A stretch of 64,000 nt of DNA from Sulfurospirillaceae bacterium (GCA_033723415.1 JAWVXD010000004.1:199028-263027), one strand, 5' to 3'. Positions 52,857 to 63,667 are shown, counted from the stretch's first letter. Notes: generated by a model not told the origin, from the sequence alone. Numbers and translations are program-made.

Positions 52857-53441
52857 TCACGGGATCAAGGGAGCTTTGATCTTTTCACCTAAAAAACTAT
52901 AATCTCCTCCGATCCTGGCGATTGCAGGATATTCAAAGTACATTTTCTCTTTGTTTGTGATGCAGGTATCGTCTATATACATGTGTTTTATCTCTACGAT
53001 TATAGGCTTGTGCCCGCTACCTTTGATATCTAATTCTTGGTAAAGTTCACAAAAAAATGCGATAGGAGCCCCTTTTATCATGCTAGGGAAGTCTTCAAAT
53101 TTCTTCTCCACTTCTATATCAAACACTTCTGCTTCGCTTGTCTGTTCATCCAGCTCTTTTGAACTGAAATGCATCTTCTCCAGCTGAGTGTCTCGAGGTA
53201 GGCAAATCGTACATTTTTTGGTATTTCTTATGTTTTTCAAAGTATCTTTTGGTTCTCCGCTACTTTTGTTCCCGATGGAAACGATCATAGTGGCAGGAGT
53301 TGACGTTAGAGCCATAAAATAGCTAAAAGGTGCAATATTCACAACCTTACCCTCCGTGACTATCCACGCTATAGGTCTTGGGATTATGGCTTGACGCATA
53401 AGTCTGTAAGCATCTGTTTTCTCATCAAAATCTAACAACAT
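52857..53441 (-). CDS. Flavin reductase-like FMN-binding protein
   Basis: PRPIAW, NIAPFSYF, KDTLKN and ARIGG.Y motifs. Confidence 0.88.
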   Translation of the reverse strand: MLLDFDEKTDAYRLMRQAIIPRPIAWIVTEGKVVNIAPFSYFMALTSTPATMIVSIGNKSSGEPKDTLKNIRNTKKCTICLPRDTQLEKMHFSSKELDEQTSEAEVFDIEVEKKFEDFPSMIKGAPIAFFCELYQELDIKGSGHKPIIVEIKHMYIDDTCITNKEKMYFEYPAIARIGGDYSFLGEKIKAPLIP

Positions 53442-53502
53442 GACATATCCTTTTTAGGACAATTATAATATAATTTGCTTACAAGAGGATAAGGTAAGTT
53501 AC

Positions 53503-54831
53503 ATGAAACAAAGCACATTAATACTAATATCACAATATTTACAAAGCTTTAAGACAATCACCTCGATCACAAGAGTCGAGGACACTATTATAAAGATAGT
53601 TTTTGACGGAAGAGAAGTACTCTTTTTCGATATGAGAAAAGGTGATGCTTATATCTTTAAAAAAGAAAAATTTGACAGGGCAAAAGTCTATAATGCTCCG
53701 TTTGATGTGGTTCTAGCCAAAAGATTCAGCAGAGCAAAAATCGAAAAAATAGAAGTCCTAAAAAATAATAGAATTATGAGAATAACCTCAACTTCAAGTT
53801 CTAGCTATAAAGTTCAAAAGAGCGTATTACAGCTTGAATTTACAGGTAAACATACTAACTGCATAATTTTAGATGAGAAGCATATAGTATTAGAGGCATT
53901 GCGTCATGTAGATTTGAGTGTCTCCACAAGAAGTATTAAAGTGGGTGAGATATTAAAAGATTTATCGGCCTTTGACATCAAGGAAAAACCTGAAATCATA
54001 GAAGATTTGGAAGAATTTTTGAAAGCTGAATATAACAAAAGAGCTCTTATCAAGCTTCAGTCTATAAAAAATCAAAAAATCAAAAATATACAAAAAAAGA
54101 TAGATAAATTCCAAAGCATTTTAGATAAACTACAAAGCGAAGAATCTCTTTTGGAAACAGCAAAAACTTACAATTTTTGGGGAACATTGATCTTAAGCAA
54201 TCTAGATAAAGTCAAAACATATCAAACAAATATCAAACTCCCTGACTATGATGGGGAAGAGGTAAGTATTTCTTTGCCAAAAGAAGCTAGAGATGCTGCC
54301 GAAGCTGCAAATATTCTTTTTTCAAATTCAAAGAGATTTAAGAAAAAGGCAAAATCCTTATATATTGAAAGACAAAATCTACAAGAAAAAATTGAATTTT
54401 TGATCAAAATGCAAAATGCAATTAATCTGGCACAGGATGAAATAAATATAAATATACTGTACCCAAAACAAAAGCAGCAAAAAAAGGCAAAAGACAAGAT
54501 AGTTTCATATGAAAGTTTTTATATGGAAGGTTTTAAAATAATGCTTGGGAAAAACGAAAAAGGTAACATTGAGCTTCTAAAAGAGTCAAAAAAGAGAGAT
54601 ATTTGGATGCACCTTAAGGATATTCCCTCTTCTCATGTTATAATAAGAACAGATAAGCAAAGTATTCCACAAAGTGTTTTAGAATTTGGGGCAAAGCTTT
54701 GCGTTGATTTCAGTGTGGATAAACAAGGAGTATATTTGGTCGATTATACTCAAAGAAGGAATGTAAAGATAAATGAAGGCTCTCATGTAAATTATGTAGA
54801 CTACCAGACAATGAGCATTTCCAAAGATTAG
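53503..54831 (+). CDS. NFACT family protein (FbpA/RqcH-like)
   Basis: EFTG, coiled coil, C-terminal NFACT-R domain GKN...N, DIWMH..IPSSHV, VDYT. Confidence 0.85.
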   Translation: MKQSTLILISQYLQSFKTITSITRVEDTIIKIVFDGREVLFFDMRKGDAYIFKKEKFDRAKVYNAPFDVVLAKRFSRAKIEKIEVLKNNRIMRITSTSSSSYKVQKSVLQLEFTGKHTNCIILDEKHIVLEALRHVDLSVSTRSIKVGEILKDLSAFDIKEKPEIIEDLEEFLKAEYNKRALIKLQSIKNQKIKNIQKKIDKFQSILDKLQSEESLLETAKTYNFWGTLILSNLDKVKTYQTNIKLPDYDGEEVSISLPKEARDAAEAANILFSNSKRFKKKAKSLYIERQNLQEKIEFLIKMQNAINLAQDEININILYPKQKQQKKAKDKIVSYESFYMEGFKIMLGKNEKGNIELLKESKKRDIWMHLKDIPSSHVIIRTDKQSIPQSVLEFGAKLCVDFSVDKQGVYLVDYTQRRNVKINEGSHVNYVDYQTMSISKD

Positions 54832-54859
54832 CATAAGGGCTTTTGAAAAGGAGCACACC

Positions 54860-55180
54860 ATGGCTATAGGTCCTATCGGCGCGACAACATATGCAAATCA
54901 AGCATTACCGGCGCTTGCATCTAAACAAACAAACTTTCAAAACAGGCTAGATATGCAACTTACCATAGCGGCCACTGCTCTAAACAACAAAGAAATAGAA
55001 GTAGCAGAAGTCAGACCTGCTGAAGAAACACACAAGATAGATCCCGAGAATCAACACCAACAAGCAAAAAGCAACCAGGAAGAAAAAGAAAATCAAGAAG
55101 AAAACGGTCCAAAACAATTTATAGAAGAGGAGGCAGAAGAACAAACACCCCTATCTTCACATCTTGACATAAAAGCATAA
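54860..55180 (+). CDS. Small acidic hypothetical protein
   Basis: SD AAGGAG; 106 aa; Q/E-rich; ends HLDIKA. Confidence 0.7.
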   Translation: MAIGPIGATTYANQALPALASKQTNFQNRLDMQLTIAATALNNKEIEVAEVRPAEETHKIDPENQHQQAKSNQEEKENQEENGPKQFIEEEAEEQTPLSSHLDIKA

Positions 55181-55233
55181 GCGAAAACTCACCATACATT
55201 TGATAGAATAATAAAAAACAAACGGAAACAAAT

Positions 55234-55998
55234 ATGAATTTTACTGAAATATACAACTCGAGCAAAAGGAGAACCCTGACATCTCTGGTTTTATTATTTG
55301 TCATTTTAGGTATTTTCCTCGCAGACAACGTATTATTGACTTGGGTATTTTTCGGTATCGTATATTTGGTAGCTTTTTATGAATCAATGTCTTTGTTTGA
55401 ACTAAAAAACAATAGCTATTATGTATATGCTATAGCGATCTGGCTTAGTGCATACATTTACCCTAATCCTGATGATATGTCTTTTGCTATCATTATAATT
55501 GCCCTATCCTTTATGGCACACAAAAAAGATGTAAACTTTAAACTCTTATTTCCTTTTGTATACCCGACCATATCTATGCTATTTCTATTTACCCTTTACA
55601 AAGATTTCGGGATATATTCTCTTGTCTGGCTTGTATCTATAGTAGCGGGTTCTGATGTTGGCGCTTATGTTATAGGGAAATGGATCGGCAAGACTCCGTT
55701 TTCTAAAACTTCTCCAAATAAGACTTGGGAAGGTACTATCGGAGGAATATGTGTTGCGACTATACTTGGAACTCTAGTAGGTCTTGGCAGCGTGAACATA
55801 GTACTATCTTTACTGATCTCTCTTTTAACCGCACTATCCTCAGTATGGGGAGATCTATTTGAAAGCTACTTAAAGAGAGAAGCCGGAGTAAAAGACAGCG
55901 GTAATATCTTTCCGGGTCATGGCGGTATGTTGGACCGCATAGATGGTTATATGTTTGCTTCTATAGTAATGCTGATCCTACTAAGAGGCTTACTCTAG
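55234..55998 (+). CDS. cdsA: Phosphatidate cytidylyltransferase
   Basis: SPNKTWEG, GDLFESYLKR..GVKDSG.IFPGHGGMLDRID. Confidence 0.95.
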   Translation: MNFTEIYNSSKRRTLTSLVLLFVILGIFLADNVLLTWVFFGIVYLVAFYESMSLFELKNNSYYVYAIAIWLSAYIYPNPDDMSFAIIIIALSFMAHKKDVNFKLLFPFVYPTISMLFLFTLYKDFGIYSLVWLVSIVAGSDVGAYVIGKWIGKTPFSKTSPNKTWEGTIGGICVATILGTLVGLGSVNIVLSLLISLLTALSSVWGDLFESYLKREAGVKDSGNIFPGHGGMLDRIDGYMFASIVMLILLRGLL

Positions 55999-57093
55999 GT
56001 GATCGTTCTAGGCTCAACCGGCTCAATAGGAGTCAATACCTTAAATATAGCCAAGAGGTTCTCACTTCCTGTAGAAACATTGACAGCAGGGAAAAATGTC
56101 GATTTGCTAAATAAACAGATCGAAGAGTTTAACCCAAAATTTGTTTGTATCAATGATGAAAAACTACGTAAAGAAGTTAAACATGACAGGGTGTTTTCCA
56201 CAAAAGAAGGTATTTTAGAAGCTATCTCACAAAGTGAAAGTGATCTTGTTATAAATGCTCTTGTCGGATTTAGCGGACTTGCTCCCTCAATACTTACACA
56301 AAAGCTTGGTAAACGTCTTGCGCTAGCAAACAAAGAATCTTTAGTAGTGGCAGGAAACTTACTAGATACTTCAAAGATCATTCCGATCGACAGTGAACAT
56401 TTTGGTCTTTGGTATCTTTTGCAAAATAAAATTCCTCACTCCATGACGATAACGGCAAGCGGTGGAGCTTTTAGAGATACCCCTCTTGAAAGATTAGCGA
56501 CGATGACTCCAAAAGAGGCATTACAACACCCAAATTGGATGATGGGAAAGAAAATAACTATAGACAGTGCGACAATGACAAATAAAATGTTTGAACTGTT
56601 AGAAGCAAGATGGCTGTATGGGTGTGAAAAATTAGACGCAATTATTGAAACAAAATCCATCATTCATGCTATGATAAACTTCATAGATGGTAGCACGACT
56701 GCACATATCGCAAATGCCGATATGAAACTACCTATCTCTTTTGCATTACTTGGCGATGTCAAAGAGCAAATACTGCCTCATGTCGATTTATCAGATATAG
56801 GTTCACTAGAATTTAGAAAAATCGAAGAAAATAGATTTCCTATCTGGGAGATTAAAGATGACATTTTGAAAAATCCTCAAAGAGGAGTAGTTTTAAATGC
56901 ATCCAATGAGATCGCAGTAGCAGCATTCTTAAACGGAGAGATCAATATATTAGATATAGCAAAAATAAATAAAGAAACATATTTTCATTTTCAAGATGCA
57001 GATGCTAAAACATTGGATGAAGTTTTTGAAATAGATAAAGAAGTTAGAATATACTTAAAAAAAATTAAAAAGGATACGCGTGAGCAGTACTGA
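55999..57093 (+). CDS. dxr: 1-deoxy-D-xylulose 5-phosphate reductoisomerase
   Basis: LGSTGSIG, LANKE, PIDSEH, TASGG and HPNW.MG.KITIDSA motifs. Confidence 0.97.
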   Translation: MIVLGSTGSIGVNTLNIAKRFSLPVETLTAGKNVDLLNKQIEEFNPKFVCINDEKLRKEVKHDRVFSTKEGILEAISQSESDLVINALVGFSGLAPSILTQKLGKRLALANKESLVVAGNLLDTSKIIPIDSEHFGLWYLLQNKIPHSMTITASGGAFRDTPLERLATMTPKEALQHPNWMMGKKITIDSATMTNKMFELLEARWLYGCEKLDAIIETKSIIHAMINFIDGSTTAHIANADMKLPISFALLGDVKEQILPHVDLSDIGSLEFRKIEENRFPIWEIKDDILKNPQRGVVLNASNEIAVAAFLNGEINILDIAKINKETYFHFQDADAKTLDEVFEIDKEVRIYLKKIKKDTREQY

Positions 57094-58327
57094 CTATAAC
57101 TTTCGTTTGAAAGACAGCATTGTGGGTTTACAGTTTTTGTTTGTGGCATTTGGTGCCTTAGTTCTTGTTCCAATATTGACAGGGCTAAATTCAAATGTCG
57201 CACTTTTTACGGCAGGTCTTGGAACACTTTTGTTTCAAGTTATAAATAGGAAAAGAGTTCCCCCTATATTTTTGGCATCTTCTTTTGCATTTATAGCTCC
57301 GATCATATACGGTGTTAAAACTTGGGGGATAGCAGGGACTATGTCCGGGCTTATCGCATCAGGTATCGTTTATGTCGTATTGAGTTTTGTTATCAGATTC
57401 AAAGGTTCAGGATTTATCCACAAACTTTTGCCTGCAGTTGTAGTCGGACCCGTAATTATGACTATTGGTCTCATACTTTCTCCAGTAGCAGTTCATATGG
57501 CAATGGGCAAAACAGGAGATGGTGCCGTTGTATTGGTACCGTTTGACAAAGCTATCGTCATATCACTGGCTTCTCTAACAACCACTCTTCTTATCTCTCT
57601 GCTGGGAAAAGGTATCTTTAGATTGTTACCGATTTTGTGTGGTATCGCTATGGGATATATTGTATCATTGTTTTATGGAATAGTCAGTTTTGACAGCGTT
57701 ATAAATGCGCCTTGGTTTGCTGTACCTGATTTCACTGCACCAAAACTAAATTGGCAGGCTGTTATATACATCGTACCTATTGCCATTGCACCGGCAGTTG
57801 AACATATTGGAGATATCTTAGCTATCAGTAGAGTTACAAAAAGCGATTATTTAAAAAATCCTGGGTTACAAAATACGCTTTTAGGAGATGGCTTGGCTAC
57901 AAGCTTGGCATCATGTTTTGGAGGACCGCCAAATACTACATATTCAGAAGTTACAGGCGCTGTTACAATTACGAAAGCTTACAATCCGGCGATCATGACA
58001 TGGGCTGCAATTTTTGCTATAATTTTGGCCTTTGTCGGAAAATTGGGTGGATTTCTTGCGACTATACCGGTACCTGTAATGGGTGGTATTATGTTACTTC
58101 TTTTTGGTATCATAGCATCTATAGGAATGGGAACGTTAATCAAGGAAAAAGCTGATTTAGAAGACCCTAGAAATATGATAATTGTCTCCATGATCTTAGT
58201 TTTTGCGATAGGCGGCATGACCTTTGACTTTGGAGGAGTTGACTTTAGCGGTATCGGTCTTGGTGCAGTTGTCGGAATATTTTTGAATTTAGTTTTACCG
58301 AAAACAAGACATTTAGACGGATATTGA
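57080..58327 (+). CDS. uraA: Uracil/xanthine permease (NCS2 family)
   Basis: SSFAF, EHIGD and GGPPNTTYSE motifs. Confidence 0.88.
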   Translation: MSSTDYNFRLKDSIVGLQFLFVAFGALVLVPILTGLNSNVALFTAGLGTLLFQVINRKRVPPIFLASSFAFIAPIIYGVKTWGIAGTMSGLIASGIVYVVLSFVIRFKGSGFIHKLLPAVVVGPVIMTIGLILSPVAVHMAMGKTGDGAVVLVPFDKAIVISLASLTTTLLISLLGKGIFRLLPILCGIAMGYIVSLFYGIVSFDSVINAPWFAVPDFTAPKLNWQAVIYIVPIAIAPAVEHIGDILAISRVTKSDYLKNPGLQNTLLGDGLATSLASCFGGPPNTTYSEVTGAVTITKAYNPAIMTWAAIFAIILAFVGKLGGFLATIPVPVMGGIMLLLFGIIASIGMGTLIKEKADLEDPRNMIIVSMILVFAIGGMTFDFGGVDFSGIGLGAVVGIFLNLVLPKTRHLDGY

Positions 58328-58350
58328 TAAATAACTAAAAAGGAGGCCAT

Positions 58351-61212
58351 TTGGAGAACCACAGTAGCAATAAATTATTAAAAATGATGATTGCTGTATT
58401 TATTGTGGGTTTTCTCATGGTCTCCGCTATGTTGATCTCTATATTTACAGGTAGTTTTTTACGCAATTACAACAATTCTTCAAAAGAGATAAGTATAGAA
58501 TACGATAGAAAAGCCCGAATAGCTGCTGAAGACAAGATACAAAAACTCGCAAACTTTATAAATATATATGAAAAAACACTAGAAAAAAATGAAAAACAAA
58601 AAGTAAAGAACAGTGTTAATTTTGGGTTAACCCTAGTTGAGGATATCTATAATCAATATAAATATTTTCCAAAATCAATAATCTATCAAAAGATAAAAGA
58701 CAAACTGGGTAAAAAAAGATTTTTTGATAACAAAACCGGATATTTTTTTATTTATGACCTAAATGGAACTTGCATATCTCTTCCCACTACTCCGAAATTA
58801 GAAGGGACAAACCAAATAAACTTCAAAGATGGGAAAAATGAATATACAATCCAAAAAGCCATAGAAATCGCCAAAACTAAAGGAGAAGGGTTTGCCCAAT
58901 GGTACTGGTATAAAATAGGCGAAACCAAAATGAAAAAAAAGATAGGCTTTGTCAAAATCTTCAAACCGTTAAATATTTTAATAGGTGCAGGAAGATATGA
59001 AGAAGATATTTTAAATAATATCAAAAACGATATCAAACCATATCTGAGATCTTTAGATTCAGATCAATATGGATATATCTTTGCCTATGATTCATCAGGC
59101 AATAAAATTGATAAAGAAAGTACACCTCAAAGTATAAATAGATGGAATGAGATTGTTAGAGGGGAACATATTGTCAGAAATGCCTTACGAGGGGCACAAA
59201 TCATACCTGAAGGATTTTTTATCAGATATGTATCGAAAGAGGGCAAAGAAAAAACCTCTTATGTAAAGCTCATACCAAAACTGAATTGGATAGTAGGAAC
59301 CAATACTGAAAATGCCAAGAAGATATATGCACAACAGGCTGAAATATTAAAAAGAAATTTACATAAAATGATATATAAGACCATTTTGCTATCTATCCTC
59401 GTACTGGCTGTCATGATTTTATTTTTCTTGATTCTGTTTTTAAAAATACAAAATCTATTTAAATCCGTACAAAAGAATTTGGCCATAAAAAACAGAGAAC
59501 TTATTGAACAAAGAAACATCTTTGAAACACTTTTTAGAAAATCCCATGACGGGATTATTATTACCAAAAATAGACAGATTGTTGATTGTAATGACACGGC
59601 AATAGAAATGTTTGAAGCAAAAAACAAAAATGAACTTTTATATATAGACAACGAAAAACTTCTGCCAATACTTCAAGACGATGGCAGCAAATCTATAAAG
59701 AAATTATTTGAAAATGTGGAAATTGCTGAAAAAAATGGTTATGTGGAGTTTGAGTTAAAAGCAAAAAAATTTTCTGGTTCTGAATTTTGGATCAATATCT
59801 CAGTAACAAAAATAGATCTTGCTGATGGGGCTATAGAACATTTTGCATTAAGAGATATTACAAAAAGAAAAAATACGGAAAATGATCTCAAAATTGAACA
59901 ACAAAAACTTCTATTTCAAGCAAAACACGATACTTTAACCTCTTTACCGAATCGAATCTTTCTTATGGATAGATTATCTCAAAATATCAAATATGCAACT
60001 AGAAAAAACAAAAAGATAGCAGTCGTTTTCTTAGATATAGACAATTTTAAAAATATTAACGATCTATATGGACATGATGTAGGAGATGATCTACTTAAAA
60101 AAGTGGCATCTGTTTTAAAAAGCTCGATCAGAAGTACAGACACCGCAGCAAGACTAAGCGGAGATGAATTTATAATAGTTTTGGATGATTTAGAAGATAT
60201 CTCTGCCTGTTCCATCGCAGTAAAAAAATTGATCAAAAATTTTCAACTACATTTAGACTTAAATAAAGACCCGTTAAAAATCACTTTCAGCGTAGGCGTC
60301 TCCGTATTTCCAAATGATGCCACAAATGAATTGTCATTGTTAAAATATGCGGACATGGCGATGTATAAGGCTAAAGGTAAAGGTAAAAACACTTATGTGT
60401 TTTACGATGAAAGCATGCATAAACAAATGTTGGAGCACTTAAAGATCGAAAAAGAGCTCAATGATGCTTTATCAAATGATGAATTTATATTATATTATCA
60501 ACCTCAAATAGATATAAATACCGGTAAGATGATTGGCCTTGAAGCCCTTATTAGATGGGATCATCCAAGTTTTGGTCTATTAGCTCCCGGATACTTTATC
60601 AACATAGCAGAAGAGAGTGATCTTATACTATCCATAGGAAATATCGTTATTGAAAAAGCGATGAGACAAATCAAAAGCTGGTATGACAAGGGATATAATC
60701 CGGGTATTGTATCTGTAAATCTTGCAACAAAACAATTAAACTCAGAAGATATCTCTACTATTTTTGAATCGCTTATTGAAAAGACGGGATGCCGTCCGAC
60801 TTGGTTAGAAATCGAGGTTTTAGAAAGATATGTTATGACCAATCCGGAAAAATCCATAAAAACACTAAAATATTTTCAATCACTTGGAATTCGCATTGCT
60901 ATAGACGACTTTGGTACAGGATATTCTTCTATGAATTACCTAAAACACCTGCCGATAACTAAACTAAAGATTGCAAAACCTTTTATTGATGATATCGTAA
61001 CAAATAAAAAAGACTTGGCAATTGCAAAAAGCATCATAGATCTATCAAAAGGATTGGATCTGGAAGTCTTGGCTGAAGGTGTGGAAACAAAAGAGCAGTA
61101 CGATATACTTCAAGAACTAGGTTGTGAGATCATCCAAGGATATTATTTTTCCAAACCTGTCCCTCCTGAAGATATAGACAAAATACTTCAGAAAAATGAA
61201 AGTTTTTTATAA
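58351..61212 (+). CDS. Membrane-bound Cache-PAS-GGDEF-EAL c-di-GMP signalling protein
   Basis: Two TM helices around Cache-like domains (GYFFIYD, WIVGT); PAS; D.LT.L.NR, DID.FK..ND..GH, SGDEF; EAL and DDFGTGYSS. Confidence 0.9.
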   Translation: MENHSSNKLLKMMIAVFIVGFLMVSAMLISIFTGSFLRNYNNSSKEISIEYDRKARIAAEDKIQKLANFINIYEKTLEKNEKQKVKNSVNFGLTLVEDIYNQYKYFPKSIIYQKIKDKLGKKRFFDNKTGYFFIYDLNGTCISLPTTPKLEGTNQINFKDGKNEYTIQKAIEIAKTKGEGFAQWYWYKIGETKMKKKIGFVKIFKPLNILIGAGRYEEDILNNIKNDIKPYLRSLDSDQYGYIFAYDSSGNKIDKESTPQSINRWNEIVRGEHIVRNALRGAQIIPEGFFIRYVSKEGKEKTSYVKLIPKLNWIVGTNTENAKKIYAQQAEILKRNLHKMIYKTILLSILVLAVMILFFLILFLKIQNLFKSVQKNLAIKNRELIEQRNIFETLFRKSHDGIIITKNRQIVDCNDTAIEMFEAKNKNELLYIDNEKLLPILQDDGSKSIKKLFENVEIAEKNGYVEFELKAKKFSGSEFWINISVTKIDLADGAIEHFALRDITKRKNTENDLKIEQQKLLFQAKHDTLTSLPNRIFLMDRLSQNIKYATRKNKKIAVVFLDIDNFKNINDLYGHDVGDDLLKKVASVLKSSIRSTDTAARLSGDEFIIVLDDLEDISACSIAVKKLIKNFQLHLDLNKDPLKITFSVGVSVFPNDATNELSLLKYADMAMYKAKGKGKNTYVFYDESMHKQMLEHLKIEKELNDALSNDEFILYYQPQIDINTGKMIGLEALIRWDHPSFGLLAPGYFINIAEESDLILSIGNIVIEKAMRQIKSWYDKGYNPGIVSVNLATKQLNSEDISTIFESLIEKTGCRPTWLEIEVLERYVMTNPEKSIKTLKYFQSLGIRIAIDDFGTGYSSMNYLKHLPITKLKIAKPFIDDIVTNKKDLAIAKSIIDLSKGLDLEVLAEGVETKEQYDILQELGCEIIQGYYFSKPVPPEDIDKILQKNESFL

Positions 61213-61219
61213 TATTTTT

Positions 61220-62035
61220 TTAATTTCTGGCAAATTTCAATAACTTCTCACCGATTATAAATATTCCTAAGCCCAATGCACTTACCAAGATTATACTTGC
61301 ACCTGATGTAAAATTAAAACTATATGAGAAGAGAAGTCCTATCAAAGTAAAAATAGTGGAAAGTACACTAGCCATTATCATCATCTGAAGCAATGAAGAG
61401 GAAAATTTCTCTGCTATATATACTGGTATTGTCAAAAGTGCTATAACTAAAATCAATCCGACAACTTTTATGGCAACAACCACTGTCAGTGAACAAAGCA
61501 ACAATATAATAGTATAAAATAATCTAACATTTATGCCTCTTAAGCTTGCATATTCACTGTCGTATGAAACTGCCAATAAATCTCTATGCCAAATCGCTAC
61601 GACTGCTATTATCACTATAAGAAGTAAGCTTATAAAATAAATATCTTCTTTGCTGACAGCTAAAATTGATCCAAACAGATAACTCATAAGATCAACATTA
61701 TATCCTGGTGTCAGATTAACAAATATAACACCTATAGCCATGCCTACAGCCCATATTAAACCAATAAAGGTATCTATCCTATTTCGTTGTTTAAAACTTA
61801 TATACGACAAAAGAAGCGCTGCGCCTACAGCAAATAATGAAGCCCCTAAAAATATAGGTATCCCAAAATATATTGCCATTCCTATTCCGCCGTATGACGT
61901 ATGTGCTATACCTCCGGCTAAAAAAACGATTCTATTTACAACTATTAAAGAGCCGATTATCCCTGCTGCAATGCTGACTAGAACTCCTGCGAATATGGCA
62001 TGTTGTATAAAGCTGTATTGAAGTGCTTCAATCAT
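61220..62035 (-). CDS. znuB: Zinc/manganese ABC transporter permease
   Basis: IAH...G, LMSYLFGSIL and VGLILV motifs. Confidence 0.85.
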   Translation of the reverse strand: MIEALQYSFIQHAIFAGVLVSIAAGIIGSLIVVNRIVFLAGGIAHTSYGGIGMAIYFGIPIFLGASLFAVGAALLLSYISFKQRNRIDTFIGLIWAVGMAIGVIFVNLTPGYNVDLMSYLFGSILAVSKEDIYFISLLLIVIIAVVAIWHRDLLAVSYDSEYASLRGINVRLFYTIILLLCSLTVVVAIKVVGLILVIALLTIPVYIAEKFSSSLLQMMIMASVLSTIFTLIGLLFSYSFNFTSGASIILVSALGLGIFIIGEKLLKFARN

Positions 62036-62766
62036 CTTCTCTCCTTCAGCAAATTTAGCAACTCCACTTCACAAAAGTGTTCATGATGATCTTCAAATTC
62101 ATTTTTATCAATAGCTATGTCATGCATTACTAAATTTTTATTTATATACGCCACTTTTTTTGCATAGCCCAAAATTACAGATATGTCATGACTTACAACA
62201 ACTATAGTGATCTTCTTATTTAGTTCTTTTAGAAGTGAATATATCTCTTTTTGGCCTTGGGTGTCTATGCTTGAAGTAGGTTCGTCTAAAAGTAATATTT
62301 TTGGATTGGCACAAAGCGCTCTTGCTATTAGAACTCTTTGTCGCTGCCCACCTGAGAGTTCCCCTATTTTAGTGTTTGCAAAATCTATCATACCTACTTG
62401 TTTTAGAGCATTTTTAGCTTCGCTCATTTCTTCTTCACCATATCCGAAAAATGGCCTTTTTTTACCTGTGTAGCCCATCAAAACTACTTCAATCACTTTT
62501 ATTGGAAAATCTATATTTATATTTGTATTCTGAGGGACATAACCTACAAGAGAGAGTTTTTCTGTTGCATTGAAATCAAAAATTTTTATTTCACCGCTTT
62601 GTATTTTATTTATTCCTAATATTAACTTCAAAAGTGTAGATTTCCCACCGCCATTTGGTCCGATAATAGCTAGGTAATCTTTTTCTTCTACATTTAAATT
62701 TATATTTTCTAGAATTTTTTGTCTGTCATACGAAAAAGAGACATCTTTAACTTTTAAAACTGACAT
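62032..62766 (-). CDS. znuC: Zinc/manganese ABC transporter ATPase
   Basis: GPNGGGKST, LSGGQRQR, LLDEP, SHD; His/Cys tail HHEHFC. Confidence 0.88.
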   Translation of the reverse strand: MSVLKVKDVSFSYDRQKILENINLNVEEKDYLAIIGPNGGGKSTLLKLILGINKIQSGEIKIFDFNATEKLSLVGYVPQNTNINIDFPIKVIEVVLMGYTGKKRPFFGYGEEEMSEAKNALKQVGMIDFANTKIGELSGGQRQRVLIARALCANPKILLLDEPTSSIDTQGQKEIYSLLKELNKKITIVVVSHDISVILGYAKKVAYINKNLVMHDIAIDKNEFEDHHEHFCEVELLNLLKERR

Positions 62767-62769
62767 ATG

Positions 62770-63618
62770 CTATCTGCCCCTTACGATAGATCTTGCAAAA
62801 TTCAATAGATTCTTAGACCAATTTTCATCCAAAGGAGTTGCTTTAACAACGTTTATACCCAATTCATTTGCTATAATTTGAGCAACCTTATCTGAAAATT
62901 CTGGTTGAGTAAATATAGCTCTTATTCTTTCATCTCTGGCTTTTTTTATAATATAAGTAAGCTCTCTTGGTTTTGGTGACTTACCTTCAATTTCAATTGG
63001 CAATTGCACAAGGTTATATTGCTTTGCAAAATATCCCCAGGCAGGATGGAAAACCATAAATTTTGTATTTTTTGGCGTATTCATTAAAATTTTCTTTATT
63101 TTAGCATCAATTTTATCGACTTTGGCAATAAATTGTTTGTAATTTACAAAATAATAATTTTTATTTTCTAAATCAATTTTACTTAGTGTTTCATAAATAT
63201 TCTTAGCCATGATTTTTACGTTAGCAGGGCTAGTCCAAACATGAGGATCTTTCTTCTTTATGTCATGATCTTTATTGTCGTTATAAAAAGAAGGCATAGC
63301 AATTTTTTTCACACCACTTGCTATGTTTACAATTTTCATACTTTTATTTTGATTAGTAAATTTTGATAACCAAACATCCTCAAATTCTACACCAATTGAA
63401 AAATACACTTGTGCATTTGCGATATCTTTCATTTGTGATGGTTTTGGTTCATAATTTTCAGGTTCGTCTCCTGGCAGCACCATAAGAGCAACATTGACTT
63501 TATCGCCTCCTATAGCTCTTACAAACGTTTTCTCTGGTAATATGCTCACCACGGCATTGATCTTTGCAAACAATAAACTACTAGTAATAAGAAGGAGCGA
63601 TATAAATACTTTTAACAT
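62770..63618 (-). CDS. znuA: Zinc/manganese ABC transporter substrate-binding protein
   Basis: YEPKP, DPHVW, FHPAWGYFA and IEIEGK motifs. Confidence 0.85.
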   Translation of the reverse strand: MLKVFISLLLITSSLLFAKINAVVSILPEKTFVRAIGGDKVNVALMVLPGDEPENYEPKPSQMKDIANAQVYFSIGVEFEDVWLSKFTNQNKSMKIVNIASGVKKIAMPSFYNDNKDHDIKKKDPHVWTSPANVKIMAKNIYETLSKIDLENKNYYFVNYKQFIAKVDKIDAKIKKILMNTPKNTKFMVFHPAWGYFAKQYNLVQLPIEIEGKSPKPRELTYIIKKARDERIRAIFTQPEFSDKVAQIIANELGINVVKATPLDENWSKNLLNFARSIVRGR

Positions 63619-63667
63619 GTTAATTCCTAATTATTTTGTGCAGAATTATATTGTATATCTACTTAAA

